From assembly GCA_963666275.2 (NCBI GenBank), contig CAXXOA010000002.1, positions 1,440,001 through 1,504,000 of the forward strand: 64,000 bases of DNA, in the 5' to 3' direction. The first letter of the stretch is position 1, and each line of letters starts with the position of its first letter. Under the pieces are notes generated by a model, which was not told where the DNA came from, made no database searches, and saw only the letters and a list, made by a program, of their open reading frames with translations. Both the position numbers and the translations under genes were made by a program. This DNA is from Oceanispirochaeta sp. Lineage in GTDB: Bacteria > Spirochaetota > Spirochaetia > DSM-2461. Shown here piece by piece: positions 49,049-59,088 of this stretch.

Positions 49049-49369
49049 TTATTCTCCCTGTACCTGCTTCAGGCAGGAGAAGACCAGATCTTTTTCCATC
49101 GGGGGAAGATCCTGGCAGGCCGCCTCGAAGAGGCGGAGTACACGCTTGTAGCTGACCCGGCCGCTGGAACTGAGGGAACCTTTTCCGCTCGAATTCCTCT
49201 GCCAGGTCAGACAGCGCTGTACGGATTTTTTATCGTAGCAGAGCTGAAAGCCGGTTATCTCGCTATGGGTTTCATCATACCAGACAATCAAATCCATATT
49301 ATCGTCAACAAACCATCGTCTCGGGCCGTCCTCAGGAATCTGACGAACCCCCTCGATTTCTTTCAGCAT
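49049..49369 (-). CDS. Conserved hypothetical protein
   Basis: GGAGGAG RBS; RRWF....DLIVW...GFQLCYD pattern; co-oriented with 4-bp and 19-bp gaps. Confidence 0.7.
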   Translation of the reverse strand: MLKEIEGVRQIPEDGPRRWFVDDNMDLIVWYDETHSEITGFQLCYDKKSVQRCLTWQRNSSGKGSLSSSGRVSYKRVLRLFEAACQDLPPMEKDLVFSCLKQVQGE

Positions 49370-49388
49370 TGCTCCTCCGCAGGAGGTC

Positions 49389-51038
49389 TTAGTGAACTGT
49401 TCTCAAAGCCTGTGCAATATTCAGACAGTAATCACCAATACCTTCAATCTGTCTTACAATATCAAGATACAGCAATTCACCCTTAATATCAGCACCGCTT
49501 TTGATATTTTTCCGGACTTCCTTCTTCAGGGTTTTCCGTGTTTTATCAATTTTATTTTCCAGTTCATAGGCCTCGGCAAGCTGCTCTTTGTTCAGATGCT
49601 CGTTCATATGGCCTTTGATAAAGCCCAGGAACTGCTGAACCATCCTGGTAAAGGGTAGCAGTTCGTCAATGGCTGTATCATGAAGGGGGATCTCTTTCTT
49701 GTACCGGCGCTGAGAGAGCAGGATCAGGTTGTAGCAGCTGTCTCCGATACTTTCCAGTTCGTTGACGATTCTCATCATGGCGCTAATATTGGCCCGGCCT
49801 GATTCATTGAGGTTTTCTGCAGAACATCGGATAAGGAATTTTGTAATCTCTTCCTGCATCTGGTCGGTATACTCTTCCATCTCCTTGATCTCATCAACCT
49901 GGGCACCCATTTTCTTGTCGGGGTTTTTGAAAACATCCACGTAGATATCAAACATATCCTCCACCATGTCGGTCATGGAGGCTACTTCTTTCTGTACCTT
50001 GATCACATTGATTTCAGGAACATTCTGTATGGTGGATTCGATAAAAGGCAGGGTATATTGTCCCAGTCCCACTTCGTTCTTGCCGGGATGGACCATCTTT
50101 TCCACGAGCGCGGCAATCTGATTGACAAAACCGATGAATACCAGGGTGTTCAGAATGTTGAACATGGTGTGGAACATGGCCAGATGTGTGGTGATCTCGT
50201 CGCCGGGAACCACAAAATCAACCAGCCTCAGGAAGGGGTTGAATATGATCATAACCACGATAACTCCCGCTACATTGAACAGGATATGCACCCGGGAAGC
50301 CCTTCTGGCATGAACATTCGCGCCGATCGAAGCCAGGTAGGCGTCGATGGTTGTTCCGATATTGGCTCCCATGATCATGGCGGCTGCGGCTTCGTAGGGA
50401 ATAAGGCCGCTGTGTGCCATTGTCAGAGTGATTGCCATGGAGGCACTGGAAGAGTGGACAATGATGGTGATCAGTGCTCCCGCAAGGGTAAAAATCACAA
50501 TAGAGATAAAACCGCGTCCTGCGAAGTCAGACAGGAAATGAACCTGTTCCGCTTCCAGATCGGGCATGGCGTGTTTCATAAAGGACAGTCCCAGGAAGAG
50601 GAGACCGAATCCGATCATAAACTCACCCCAGTCTCTCCTTTTGCTGACTTTAGAGAAGTACAGCGGCAGTCCCACACCTATGATGGGCAGGGCAATGGAA
50701 CTGATGGAAAACTTGAATCCCAGCAGTGAAACAATCCATCCGGTTACGGTGGTACCGATGTTGGCACCCATGATGACTCCGATGGCCTGTGTCAGATTGA
50801 GCAGTCCCGCATTTACAAAACTGACAACCATTACTGTTGTGGCTGACGAGGACTGAATGATCGCTGTAATAGCAAAACCAGTAATGACGGAAACAAAACG
50901 GTTGGCAGTGATATGGTTCAGTGTCTTCTGAAGACCTTCTCCTGCCGCTTTCTGAATCCCTTCGCTCATAATTTTCATTCCGAAAAGGAAGAGTCCCAGG
51001 GATCCTATTATCTCCATTATAGAAGAGAAAATTGTCAT
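49389..51038 (-). CDS. Na+/Pi cotransporter (YjbB/NptA family) with PhoU-like domain
   Basis: QSSSATT, two GANIGTT repeats, HSSSA, ELESIGD and IEGIGD PhoU-like repeats. Confidence 0.93.
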   Translation of the reverse strand: MTIFSSIMEIIGSLGLFLFGMKIMSEGIQKAAGEGLQKTLNHITANRFVSVITGFAITAIIQSSSATTVMVVSFVNAGLLNLTQAIGVIMGANIGTTVTGWIVSLLGFKFSISSIALPIIGVGLPLYFSKVSKRRDWGEFMIGFGLLFLGLSFMKHAMPDLEAEQVHFLSDFAGRGFISIVIFTLAGALITIIVHSSSASMAITLTMAHSGLIPYEAAAAMIMGANIGTTIDAYLASIGANVHARRASRVHILFNVAGVIVVMIIFNPFLRLVDFVVPGDEITTHLAMFHTMFNILNTLVFIGFVNQIAALVEKMVHPGKNEVGLGQYTLPFIESTIQNVPEINVIKVQKEVASMTDMVEDMFDIYVDVFKNPDKKMGAQVDEIKEMEEYTDQMQEEITKFLIRCSAENLNESGRANISAMMRIVNELESIGDSCYNLILLSQRRYKKEIPLHDTAIDELLPFTRMVQQFLGFIKGHMNEHLNKEQLAEAYELENKIDKTRKTLKKEVRKNIKSGADIKGELLYLDIVRQIEGIGDYCLNIAQALRTVH

Positions 51039-51221
51039 GTTCGGTTTACTCCTGAATTATTTTTTTTCAATAAGTGGAAGCAGGTTTTCCTGATTATTGG
51101 AAACCTGACAAATCTCTTACAGTTTAGTAGATACGGGGAGGAAAACACAAGGATAATCCCTCTGTTCAATTAGAAAATTAACACAATTCTAACAATTGAA
51201 AAAATAGAGCATCCAATTGTG

Positions 51222-52049
51222 TTAGATTTTTCTTTTTTTGAGGATCGCAAAGAGGCATAATCCGAGGAGGGTAAAGAAATAGGGAAAGCTGAGGATCAGG
51301 GACGGGGGAATCTGCAGAGATCCCTGGGCCCTGTTGGCTATTGCTTCCGCCGCCGCAAAAAGGAGGCAGGCCGCCCCGATTCCCGGGACTTTCCTATAGC
51401 CCAGGTAGATCGCCACCAGGGCTATCCATCCCTTGCCTGCGGACATGCCTGGAACAAAAACCCCCAGTCTGTGCGAAAGGGCGGCTCCGGCAATCCCGGC
51501 AAAAACTCCCGACACAAGGACCGCCGCTGTCTGGGTCCTCTCCGGAGAGAGGCCCCGGCTTTTCAGAAGGTCCGGCTTTTCTCCGGATGCTCTGAGTGCA
51601 AGTCCCGGATAGGTCCGGTACAGGAAGATCAGCATAGCCGCCGCCAGGATCAGGGCCGACCATGTATAAAGATCCAGCCCGCCGGGAGTGATGAGGGCTC
51701 TGGCCTGTTCCAGGCGGATGACTCCCTGATTGCCGAAGAGGGACTGGGAGAGAGAGGCGATAAGAGCGGGCATGAGGATATTGATTCCCAGGCCGGTAAT
51801 AAAAATATTGCCTCTCAGCCTGAAACTGCTGAAGCTGAAAACCCAGGCTGTCACCAGTCCGGCTGCGGCGGCTGCCAGGGCCCCCGCCATGAGGCTGCCG
51901 GTCCAGTGGGTCACCACAAGGGCCGCAAATGCTCCGGTCAGAATCATTCCCTCCAGGGCTATATTGAGAACTCCCGCCAGTTCTGTGAGCAGTCCGCCCA
52001 GGGCTGCCAGCAGAAGGGGAGCGGCGCTGTTGATAATAGATAGGATCAT
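51222..52049 (-). CDS. Nucleoside-type ABC transporter permease
   Basis: GVLNIALEG, ASGEKP, AGKGWIAL, FPY motifs. Confidence 0.9.
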   Translation of the reverse strand: MILSIINSAAPLLLAALGGLLTELAGVLNIALEGMILTGAFAALVVTHWTGSLMAGALAAAAAGLVTAWVFSFSSFRLRGNIFITGLGINILMPALIASLSQSLFGNQGVIRLEQARALITPGGLDLYTWSALILAAAMLIFLYRTYPGLALRASGEKPDLLKSRGLSPERTQTAAVLVSGVFAGIAGAALSHRLGVFVPGMSAGKGWIALVAIYLGYRKVPGIGAACLLFAAAEAIANRAQGSLQIPPSLILSFPYFFTLLGLCLFAILKKRKI

Positions 52050-53044
52050 TTTTTTCTTCCTCTTAAAGCCTGGGATGAAATGAGGAGAAACAGGACTCCC
52101 TGGATAATGCTTCCCAGCTCAAGGGAGAGGTGGGACTGAAGCACCGCCAGTCTGGCTCCCTGGGTCATCCAGGAGAAAAAGAACACCCCCGGGACCAGAA
52201 AGAGAGGGTTCCGGGAGGCAATCAGGGCTACGGCTATGCCGTTCCAGCCCAGTTCGCCTGTAAATCCGAGGATCCCCGCATAATAGGTTCCGCACAGGGC
52301 TATGGCTCCGGCGGTTCCGTGGAGCGCGCCGCTGGCCGTGAGGGGGAGGGTGTCGTATATCCCCAGGTTCAGTCCTCCGAAACGGGCGAATTCCCTGTTG
52401 TGGCCGGTCATCCTCAGTTCATATCCTCGCCGGGAGTGATGAAGAAAGAAATAGGCCGTCGGAATCAGCAGGATCACAAGGACAAAAGAGATATTGAAGT
52501 GGCTGGGAGGCATCAGAAGGGGAAGCCTGTACCGGTCCGGAATACTCAGAGATTTCAGCAGATAGCTGTCGGGGTCGCTGAGAGGGTTCAGGATCATATG
52601 GTCCACTACTTTAATCATGCCCGCCGAAAGGAGAAAGGTGCTTATCAGTTCATCCACATCCCAGAAGGACTTCATCAGTCCCGAAAGGAACGCCAGGGCT
52701 CCTCCGGCCAGGGCGCCTCCCAGGATCATCATGCCGACTCCCACAGGGGCGGGCAGATCGGGAAACCGGAGTGCCAGGACCAGAGCCGCCAGGGCTCCCG
52801 TATAGACCTGTCCCTCTCCCCCCAGATTGAAGGATCCGGCGCTGAAGGCCAGGATGATGCCCAGCCCGGTCAGGGTCAGCAGAACCGAATAGTTGAGAAA
52901 GTTGCCGAAAGACAGTGTGTTGCTGAAAATACCGGGAAAAAAGTAGAACAGAGTCTCCCCGGGCTGTCTGCTGAACATCAGAATCACCGCCGTGGCAATG
53001 ACAATACAGATTATAAGGATGCGGAATACCGAGGGGATTTTCAT
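52046..53044 (-). CDS. Nucleoside-type ABC transporter permease
   Basis: FNLGGEGQ, ELIST, GYELRMTG, GWNGIAVAL. Confidence 0.9.
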   Translation of the reverse strand: MKIPSVFRILIICIVIATAVILMFSRQPGETLFYFFPGIFSNTLSFGNFLNYSVLLTLTGLGIILAFSAGSFNLGGEGQVYTGALAALVLALRFPDLPAPVGVGMMILGGALAGGALAFLSGLMKSFWDVDELISTFLLSAGMIKVVDHMILNPLSDPDSYLLKSLSIPDRYRLPLLMPPSHFNISFVLVILLIPTAYFFLHHSRRGYELRMTGHNREFARFGGLNLGIYDTLPLTASGALHGTAGAIALCGTYYAGILGFTGELGWNGIAVALIASRNPLFLVPGVFFFSWMTQGARLAVLQSHLSLELGSIIQGVLFLLISSQALRGRKK

Positions 53045-54534
53045 AGTAGGTCTGCTCCGGTCATGCGTTCTCCAATGGTCTTTCTTGTCCAGACTCCCTC
53101 TTCGGGAGGTGTATGGGTCAACTCGCCTGCCGTGAGGACTGCAATCCTGTCGGACAGAATCAGCAGCTCATCAATGTCCGTAGTCAGAAGGAGTACCGCG
53201 GCGCCCTGATCCCTGGCCTGGAGTATCTGTTTGTGAAGTTTTTCCCGGCTTGAAAAATCCAGTCCCCAGCTGGGTTCCGAAATGATAAGCAGGGAGGGAT
53301 CTTCATGAAGCTCTCTTGTGAGGATCATTTTCTGGATATTGCCCCCCGAAAGGGTTTTGACAGGCTGGTCGGGGTGTCCGGTGATCTCCGCCTTTTTGAT
53401 AAGGTGGACCGCCCAGTCTCTCAGGCGGGTCCTGTAGCTCTTTCCCGAGCCTTTCAGTTTCCTTTTGAGAAGGATCAGATTCTCTCCCAGAGTCGATTCC
53501 AGGCTGGCGCCCCTGGTCAGTCTGTCCGCCGGAATATAGGAAATTCCATGCTTGCGGAACCGGTAGGGCGTCAGGTAGGGGATGGCTTTCCCCTTCAGGA
53601 GGAAGCGGCCTTCCCTGGGGCGTATGGCTCCGGTGATCAGGTCTTCCAGAAAGATCAGACCGTTCTCCCGTATGCCCGCAATGCCCAGAATCTCTCCGCC
53701 GTAAAGGTCGGCGCTTATGTTTTTAAGCCGGGCGGCTCCCTGTTCATCGTAACTGATGTTCTCCAGTCTCAGAAGAACCTCTTTTTTCCGGGGAGCCCTG
53801 TTGGCAAACTCTCTCTTCTTTTCGGGGTCGGGATTTTCCCGTCCGATCATGGCTTCCGAAACGTCTCCGGGAGTCAGTTCCGACAGGGGTTTAATCAGTT
53901 TCAGTTCTCCTTTTCTTATAACCGCAATTCTGTCGGCCAGGGAGAAAGATTCCTGAATCCTGTGTGTTATATAGAGGATGGTTCTGCCTTCTTCTTTGAG
54001 ACGCCTTATAAGTTTTATAAGGTTTTCTGTCTGCTGATCCGTCAGGCTGGCACTGGGCTCGTCAAACACAAGGATCTGCCGGTCCAGAACCAGAGACTCC
54101 AGCAGTTCCGCCCGCTGAATCTGGGCGGCCGTGAGTTCGTAGGTCATCCTGTTCAGATCCAGAGGCAGGTCGTATTTTTCCTGGACGGCCCGGATTCTCT
54201 CTTTCTGCCGGGACGGTTGTATCCGGAAACTGCTGTCACGGTGCCCCAGGGCTATATTTTCCCAGACTGCCAGGCCTCCGGCCAGGATGGGCTTCTGGTG
54301 GATCATTCCCACGTCTTCGTTCTGCGGAAAACTCACTGCCCCCTGATCGGGGCTGTAAAAACCGGAGAGTATGTGCATCAGAGTGGATTTCCCTGCGCCG
54401 TTCTCACCCATCAGGCAGAGGATCTCTCCCTTGTTTACAGAGAAGGTGATACGGTTGCAGGCGATGATACCGCTTTGCGGGAATGCCTTGGTTACATCTT
54501 TCAGTTCAATGCTGCAGGCATGGGGGGTCTGCAT
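53041..54534 (-). CDS. ABC transporter ATP-binding protein (duplicated NBD)
   Basis: GENGAGKST, FDEP, ITH, LSGGNIQK. Confidence 0.93.
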   Translation of the reverse strand: MQTPHACSIELKDVTKAFPQSGIIACNRITFSVNKGEILCLMGENGAGKSTLMHILSGFYSPDQGAVSFPQNEDVGMIHQKPILAGGLAVWENIALGHRDSSFRIQPSRQKERIRAVQEKYDLPLDLNRMTYELTAAQIQRAELLESLVLDRQILVFDEPSASLTDQQTENLIKLIRRLKEEGRTILYITHRIQESFSLADRIAVIRKGELKLIKPLSELTPGDVSEAMIGRENPDPEKKREFANRAPRKKEVLLRLENISYDEQGAARLKNISADLYGGEILGIAGIRENGLIFLEDLITGAIRPREGRFLLKGKAIPYLTPYRFRKHGISYIPADRLTRGASLESTLGENLILLKRKLKGSGKSYRTRLRDWAVHLIKKAEITGHPDQPVKTLSGGNIQKMILTRELHEDPSLLIISEPSWGLDFSSREKLHKQILQARDQGAAVLLLTTDIDELLILSDRIAVLTAGELTHTPPEEGVWTRKTIGERMTGADLL

Positions 54535-54539
54535 AGTCT

Positions 54540-55571
54540 CTATCTCAGCTGAAGCTGACCATCCTTGAACTGGGCGACCAGCTCTTTCTGGGCATTTCTG
54601 AGGGATTCGGGAACACTGGATTCATACAGGGGATCATCGCTTATAAAGTCGAGGAATCCCTCTTTTACTCCCGCATAGACAGAGGATCCCGCCGGGAGTT
54701 TTCCCTGCAGAGCCAGAAGGGTCTGTTCATAGGCGGCTTTGTCCTCCCGGATCAGACCGCTGCCTATCACCGTACCCGGTTCAATGGAATAGCCGTTTGT
54801 ATCATACCAGAGGACATATTTTCCCTTCTCTTTGGCTGCGGTCACAACCCCCTGGTTGGCTCCTCCCGCAATCGTCAGGATCACATCCACACCCGAATCT
54901 ATCATGCTTCTGGTCAGGTCTGATGCTTTTGTCGCATCGTACCAGTTACCGATGATCCGGAAATCCACCACTGCTCCGGGTGCTGCAGCTTCCACTCCCT
55001 GCTGAAATCCCGGACGGATTTTCTGGTTCATCTCAGGATATTCCTGACCGGCAATGAGGCCTATCTTTACATCGCTGTTGGCTCCGGCCATATCGGATGT
55101 GGTCACCAGGCCGGCAAAATAACCAAGCATATAGGAGAGCTCCAGATGGCTGAAAAGGAAGGTGGAGATAGTGTCGTTTTCAATTCTGCTTCCCTCGAGA
55201 ACAAGGAATTCCTGGTCGGGGTATGTTTTCTTGACTTCCCGGCATATCTCGGGCATGGCGGGGTTTGAACTTATAATAAGGTCGTACTGTTTTTCCGAGG
55301 CCAGAGTCTGGACCTGTGTGGCCCACTCGGCCTGATTAAAGCCGCCTTCCACAGTTTTCACTTCCGCACCCATCTCCAGAGCGGCTTTCCGTACTCCTTC
55401 GTCCATCATTTCATAGGTGGGGCTCCCTGCAAGGACACCGGGAACAAAAACAGCGATCCGGGCCGGTTCCTGCGAATCCTTCCGGGCAGTCCCGGCAGTC
55501 TCATTTTTCTGGCAGCCTGCCAGAAAGAGTGCTGAAAGACAAATTATGGCAATAAATGCTTTTTTAATCAT
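54540..55571 (-). CDS. BMP-family substrate-binding lipoprotein
   Basis: Lipobox LAGC; YMLGYFAG, GVDVI..AG...QGV..AA BMP pattern. Confidence 0.88.
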   Translation of the reverse strand: MIKKAFIAIICLSALFLAGCQKNETAGTARKDSQEPARIAVFVPGVLAGSPTYEMMDEGVRKAALEMGAEVKTVEGGFNQAEWATQVQTLASEKQYDLIISSNPAMPEICREVKKTYPDQEFLVLEGSRIENDTISTFLFSHLELSYMLGYFAGLVTTSDMAGANSDVKIGLIAGQEYPEMNQKIRPGFQQGVEAAAPGAVVDFRIIGNWYDATKASDLTRSMIDSGVDVILTIAGGANQGVVTAAKEKGKYVLWYDTNGYSIEPGTVIGSGLIREDKAAYEQTLLALQGKLPAGSSVYAGVKEGFLDFISDDPLYESSVPESLRNAQKELVAQFKDGQLQLR

Positions 55572-55792
55572 GGAAATCTCCTCCCGGAGAAATCTCTCCG
55601 GTAATGACTTTTATAGATATAAATTATTAACGAATTTCAAGTTGTTTTCGAATTATGATGAATTCCATTGTCAGCGTAAAGAGCTGATAGATGAATTCCT
55701 CTTATTGACCCCTGAAAAGAGGGTGTGATATCTTTTGTGTGATAATTGCAGGGGTGCTCAGGACACCTCAACCCGTTAGCAAAGGACATTCA

Positions 55793-57028
55793 ATGAGCTT
55801 TTCGAAACCCACATCCCTGGGAGTCATAGCCTGCCCGGGCGGCGAAGCTTTCGCCGATGAGATTACCTCTCATCTCAAAACAATCTATAGAAGACGATTT
55901 GATAAAAAAGTCGGCTATATCAGCCGCCTTTACGGTCTTGAGAAGGAAGAGGTCTATAAGCAGGCAAATTTTGCCGATGATATCATTTCTCACAGGGTAT
56001 CCACTGTGGGTGATGGAAAGGCTTACAGGAGTCCGTCCTTCAAGATCCCCTGTAAATCCACAAGATTTGCCAATGGTGAGATCAAGGCGGAGATCCTCCG
56101 GTCCATCAGAGGGATGGATATTTATATTGTTCAGGATGTAGCGAATAATAATCCCGTAAAGTTCTTCGGATCCGACGAAGAGGTTGTCTGTTCCGTCAAC
56201 GATCATCTTATGACTTTGCTGGTTACGATCGATGCGGCTTTTCGTTCGGGAGCCAGACGGGTTTCACTGGTTATGCCTACCTATCCCTACAGCAGGCAGC
56301 ACAAAGCCAAAGGGCGGGAAGGGCTGACCGCATCGACTCTGGGCCGTATGTTTGAAAATATGGGGATTGAAAGAATCATTACCCTGGATATACATTCCAA
56401 GGAGATTGCCCATACCTTCAAGCATCTCTCACTGGAAAACCTTCATGCCTCCTATCAGATTCTGAGGCAGCTGAACGGCAACATAGATCTTCAGGACGAA
56501 GATCTTGTCGTTGTGTCTCCGGATACCGGAGCGATTGAGCGGAATAAGTTCTATGCCAACTCCCTGAAAAAGCCTCTGGCTCTTCTTTATAAGGAAAGGG
56601 ATTACTCCAAACTCACAAGAAGCGCTGCAGATTCCAATATCACTTCAGCCAGGCTGCTGGGGGATGTGAAGGATAAAACAGTTTTTATTGCAGACGATAT
56701 GCTGGGAACCGGAGGAACACTGATCAAAGCCATGAAACTCATCCGGGAGATGGGGGCCAAGAAAATTATCTGTTCCGTCTCTCTGCCCATGTTCTCCGGT
56801 GCTGCGGTGGATCATTTTGACGAAGCCCACAAAGAGGGGTACTTCGATTATATCGTTGGTACCAATGCTGTCACGCTTTCCGATGAAATCCTTCAGAAAG
56901 AGTGGTTCTTTTCCGCCAGCGTTTCCAATCTGTTTGCCCGGGCTATTTCCCGGGTTCACCACAACCGCTCGGTTTCTCCCCTGCTGGACAACAGTAAGAT
57001 GATACAGAGGATGCTGAAAAAGAGGTAA
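55793..57028 (+). CDS. prs: Ribose-phosphate pyrophosphokinase
   Basis: RFANGE, PYSRQ, DIHS, VSPDTG, DDMLGTGGT; AAGGA RBS before ATG 55793. Confidence 0.93.
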   Translation: MSFSKPTSLGVIACPGGEAFADEITSHLKTIYRRRFDKKVGYISRLYGLEKEEVYKQANFADDIISHRVSTVGDGKAYRSPSFKIPCKSTRFANGEIKAEILRSIRGMDIYIVQDVANNNPVKFFGSDEEVVCSVNDHLMTLLVTIDAAFRSGARRVSLVMPTYPYSRQHKAKGREGLTASTLGRMFENMGIERIITLDIHSKEIAHTFKHLSLENLHASYQILRQLNGNIDLQDEDLVVVSPDTGAIERNKFYANSLKKPLALLYKERDYSKLTRSAADSNITSARLLGDVKDKTVFIADDMLGTGGTLIKAMKLIREMGAKKIICSVSLPMFSGAAVDHFDEAHKEGYFDYIVGTNAVTLSDEILQKEWFFSASVSNLFARAISRVHHNRSVSPLLDNSKMIQRMLKKR

Positions 57029-57031
57029 ATA

Positions 57032-58429
57032 TTGGTTCTTGCCGTCGATATAGGGACGTCTTCCATGAAAGGCGGTCTGATCAGTAAAGAAGGTTATCTT
57101 TTTTCCTATCATAGAGTCCGCTTTCCTCATGCTGCCATCTCCCGGGAAAGTCATTTTTCCGCAGAGCTGTGGATGGACGGGCTCAGGGAGATCGTCGCGG
57201 CTGTGGGGCCTGCAAAAATCAGTGCGGTAGCCATAAGCGGGAACGGGCCTACGATGATCCCGGTAGCTGCTTCGGGAAAGCCCCTCGGTCCTGTTCTTCT
57301 CTGGCATTTAAAGCAGAGCGAGGATCAGGAGAAAACCACATCCTACTATCTGCCCAAAATCAGCTGGCTGAAAAAAAACAGTCCTGAAGTCTATGATAAG
57401 GCGGATCTTTTTCTCTCCTGTCCCGAACTTCTGATGTATCAGTTGACCGGGGAGGCTGTAATGGTTACGCCTCACCAGGACTTCCTTCCTTTTATCTGGG
57501 ATGATGATGTTCTGAACCGTCTGGGGCTGGATTCCGGTAAATTTCCCCGTATTGTGGAAATGGGAACCCTGGCCGGACAGGTCCTTGAAAAACCCTATCT
57601 TCAAACCGAACTGAAGCCTGGGACTCCTGTTGTGGCATGCGGATCGGACTTTATGGCTTCTCTCATCGGTTCGGGAGCTGTCTTTCCCGGTAAGATCTGC
57701 GATAGAGCGGGAACTTCCGAGGGGATCAATTACTGCTCCGAGGTTTCCATAGGAAATCCCCATCTCAGGGAGCTGCCCCATGCTGTTCAGGGGTATACCA
57801 ATATATCAGCCATACTCTCTTCCACAGGAAGTCTGTTCGAATGGTACAGGCATCTTACAGGGCAGGAAAGTTTCAGGTATGACCAGACCATGGATGGAGT
57901 CAGTAAGACTTCGGTGGAGCAGGATCATCCCAAGTTCTTTCCGAATATGAAGCAGGGGTATCTATGGGAATTTTCCAACGGCATGTTTACCGGTCTTGAT
58001 CCGGAACAGGGACGCTATGAACTGGGCCGGGCCGTTATGGAGGCGATAGGTTTTGCTGTCCGCAGAAGTCTGGAACTCTTCGAGGCTCAGGGGCTTCCTG
58101 TTCATGATCTGCGTATCTCCGGTGGTCAGGGGAAAAGCCGGGTATGGAATCAGATGAAGGCGGATATTACAGGAAAGGTTATTCTGATTCCCGAAATTGA
58201 AGACGCCGAGCTCCTGGGGGATGCCTGTATCGCCGCTGTGGCTCTGGGTAGGTTTCCGGATATTCAGAGTGCCTCTCTGGAGCTGGTTCAGATGAAACAT
58301 GAGATATATCCCGACAGAAAAAACCGGATAATATATGATGCCAAATACAGGCAGTACAGAGAGAATTGCGAAAGGGTTATGACCTTCTACAGGAGCGAAA
58401 ACGGTCCGGAGGGTACCTCCTGTCTCTAG
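57032..58429 (+). CDS. FGGY-family carbohydrate kinase (xylulokinase-like)
   Basis: DIGTSSMK, AGTS, RAVMEAI, SGGQGKS..WNQMKAD. Confidence 0.88.
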   Translation: MVLAVDIGTSSMKGGLISKEGYLFSYHRVRFPHAAISRESHFSAELWMDGLREIVAAVGPAKISAVAISGNGPTMIPVAASGKPLGPVLLWHLKQSEDQEKTTSYYLPKISWLKKNSPEVYDKADLFLSCPELLMYQLTGEAVMVTPHQDFLPFIWDDDVLNRLGLDSGKFPRIVEMGTLAGQVLEKPYLQTELKPGTPVVACGSDFMASLIGSGAVFPGKICDRAGTSEGINYCSEVSIGNPHLRELPHAVQGYTNISAILSSTGSLFEWYRHLTGQESFRYDQTMDGVSKTSVEQDHPKFFPNMKQGYLWEFSNGMFTGLDPEQGRYELGRAVMEAIGFAVRRSLELFEAQGLPVHDLRISGGQGKSRVWNQMKADITGKVILIPEIEDAELLGDACIAAVALGRFPDIQSASLELVQMKHEIYPDRKNRIIYDAKYRQYRENCERVMTFYRSENGPEGTSCL

Positions 58430-58524
58430 GAGTCGCCGGAGAAGGGCTATTCCTATCTAAATATTTAATATATAGTGAGATATCTGCCATGGCAGATATT
58501 AGTTCTTTTTTTTGAAAAAAGCTG

Positions 58525-58553
58525 TTGACAAAAAAAAAGCATTTTGGTACTTT
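58525..58553 (+). promoter_or_regulatory. Sigma70 promoter of tRNA-Thr/rpmG/secE/nusG cluster
   Basis: TTGACA-17 nt-TACTTT with TG extension, preceded by T/A tracts. Confidence 0.8.
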
Positions 58554-58573
58554 ACATGAGCATTTCACAGCGT

Positions 58574-58646
58574 GCCTCTGTAGCTCAGTCGGTAGAGTAC
58601 GACCATGGTAAGGTTGGGGTCACCGGTTCAAGTCCGGTCGGAGGCT
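58574..58646 (+). tRNA. tRNA-Thr(GGU)
   Basis: GCCTCTGTAGCTCAGTCGGTAGAGTACGACCATGGTAAGGTTGGGGTCACCGGTTCAAGTCCGGTCGGAGGCT; anticodon GGT. Confidence 0.96.
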
Positions 58647-58710
58647 GTAATTACTTTTATTCTAAATGGCTGCCTGGATTATCCGGGGGCTTTTTCAGGC
58701 GGGAGAAAAA

Positions 58711-58887
58711 ATGGCTAAGGCGAAAAAAGGTGCTGTAGAGTTGGTCGCTCTTCAGTGTACAACTTGTAAAAGAAAAAATTATACCACCAGCAAGAATAGA
58801 AGGAACATTCAGGGTAAACTTGAGTTCAAGAAATATTGCAAGTGGTGTAAAAGCTCAACAGAGCACAAAGAGACCAAGATTAAATAG
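58711..58887 (+). CDS. rpmG: 50S ribosomal protein L33 (Cys-containing form)
   Basis: LQCTTCKRKNYTTSKN...LEFKKYCKWC...HKE; GGGAG RBS. Confidence 0.96.
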   Translation: MAKAKKGAVELVALQCTTCKRKNYTTSKNRRNIQGKLEFKKYCKWCKSSTEHKETKIK

Positions 58888-58896
58888 GTTTTATAC

Positions 58897-58970
58897 AGGC
58901 CAGTAGCTCCAATGGCTAGAGCGCCGGTCTCCAAAACCGGATGTTGTAGGTTCGAGTCCTACCTGGCCTG
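58897..58970 (+). tRNA. tRNA-Trp(CCA)
   Basis: AGGCCAGTAGCTCCAATGGCTAGAGCGCCGGTCTCCAAAACCGGATGTTGTAGGTTCGAGTCCTACCTGGCCTG; canonical position before secE. Confidence 0.97.
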
Positions 58971-59088
58971 TATTTTATATTTTTAGAGAAAAGATTTCTA
59001 CCTCCGGCCCCTGGTCGGAGTTTGTTTGTCTTTTCAGGTGTATTGAAAAATCCGGCTAGACCGGTATTTTTTTAACCGGGAGCTTGTT

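Noticed and set aside
55572..55792. Purine riboswitch ahead of the BMP operon
   Set aside because: Hairpins are present but the purine-riboswitch core could not be recognised; an Rfam scan would settle it
58647..58710. Missing tuf between tRNA-Thr and rpmG as an anomaly
   Set aside because: To my knowledge tuf lies elsewhere in spirochaete genomes, so this is expected
58544..58738. 64-aa ORF
   Set aside because: Overlaps tRNA-Thr and its promoter
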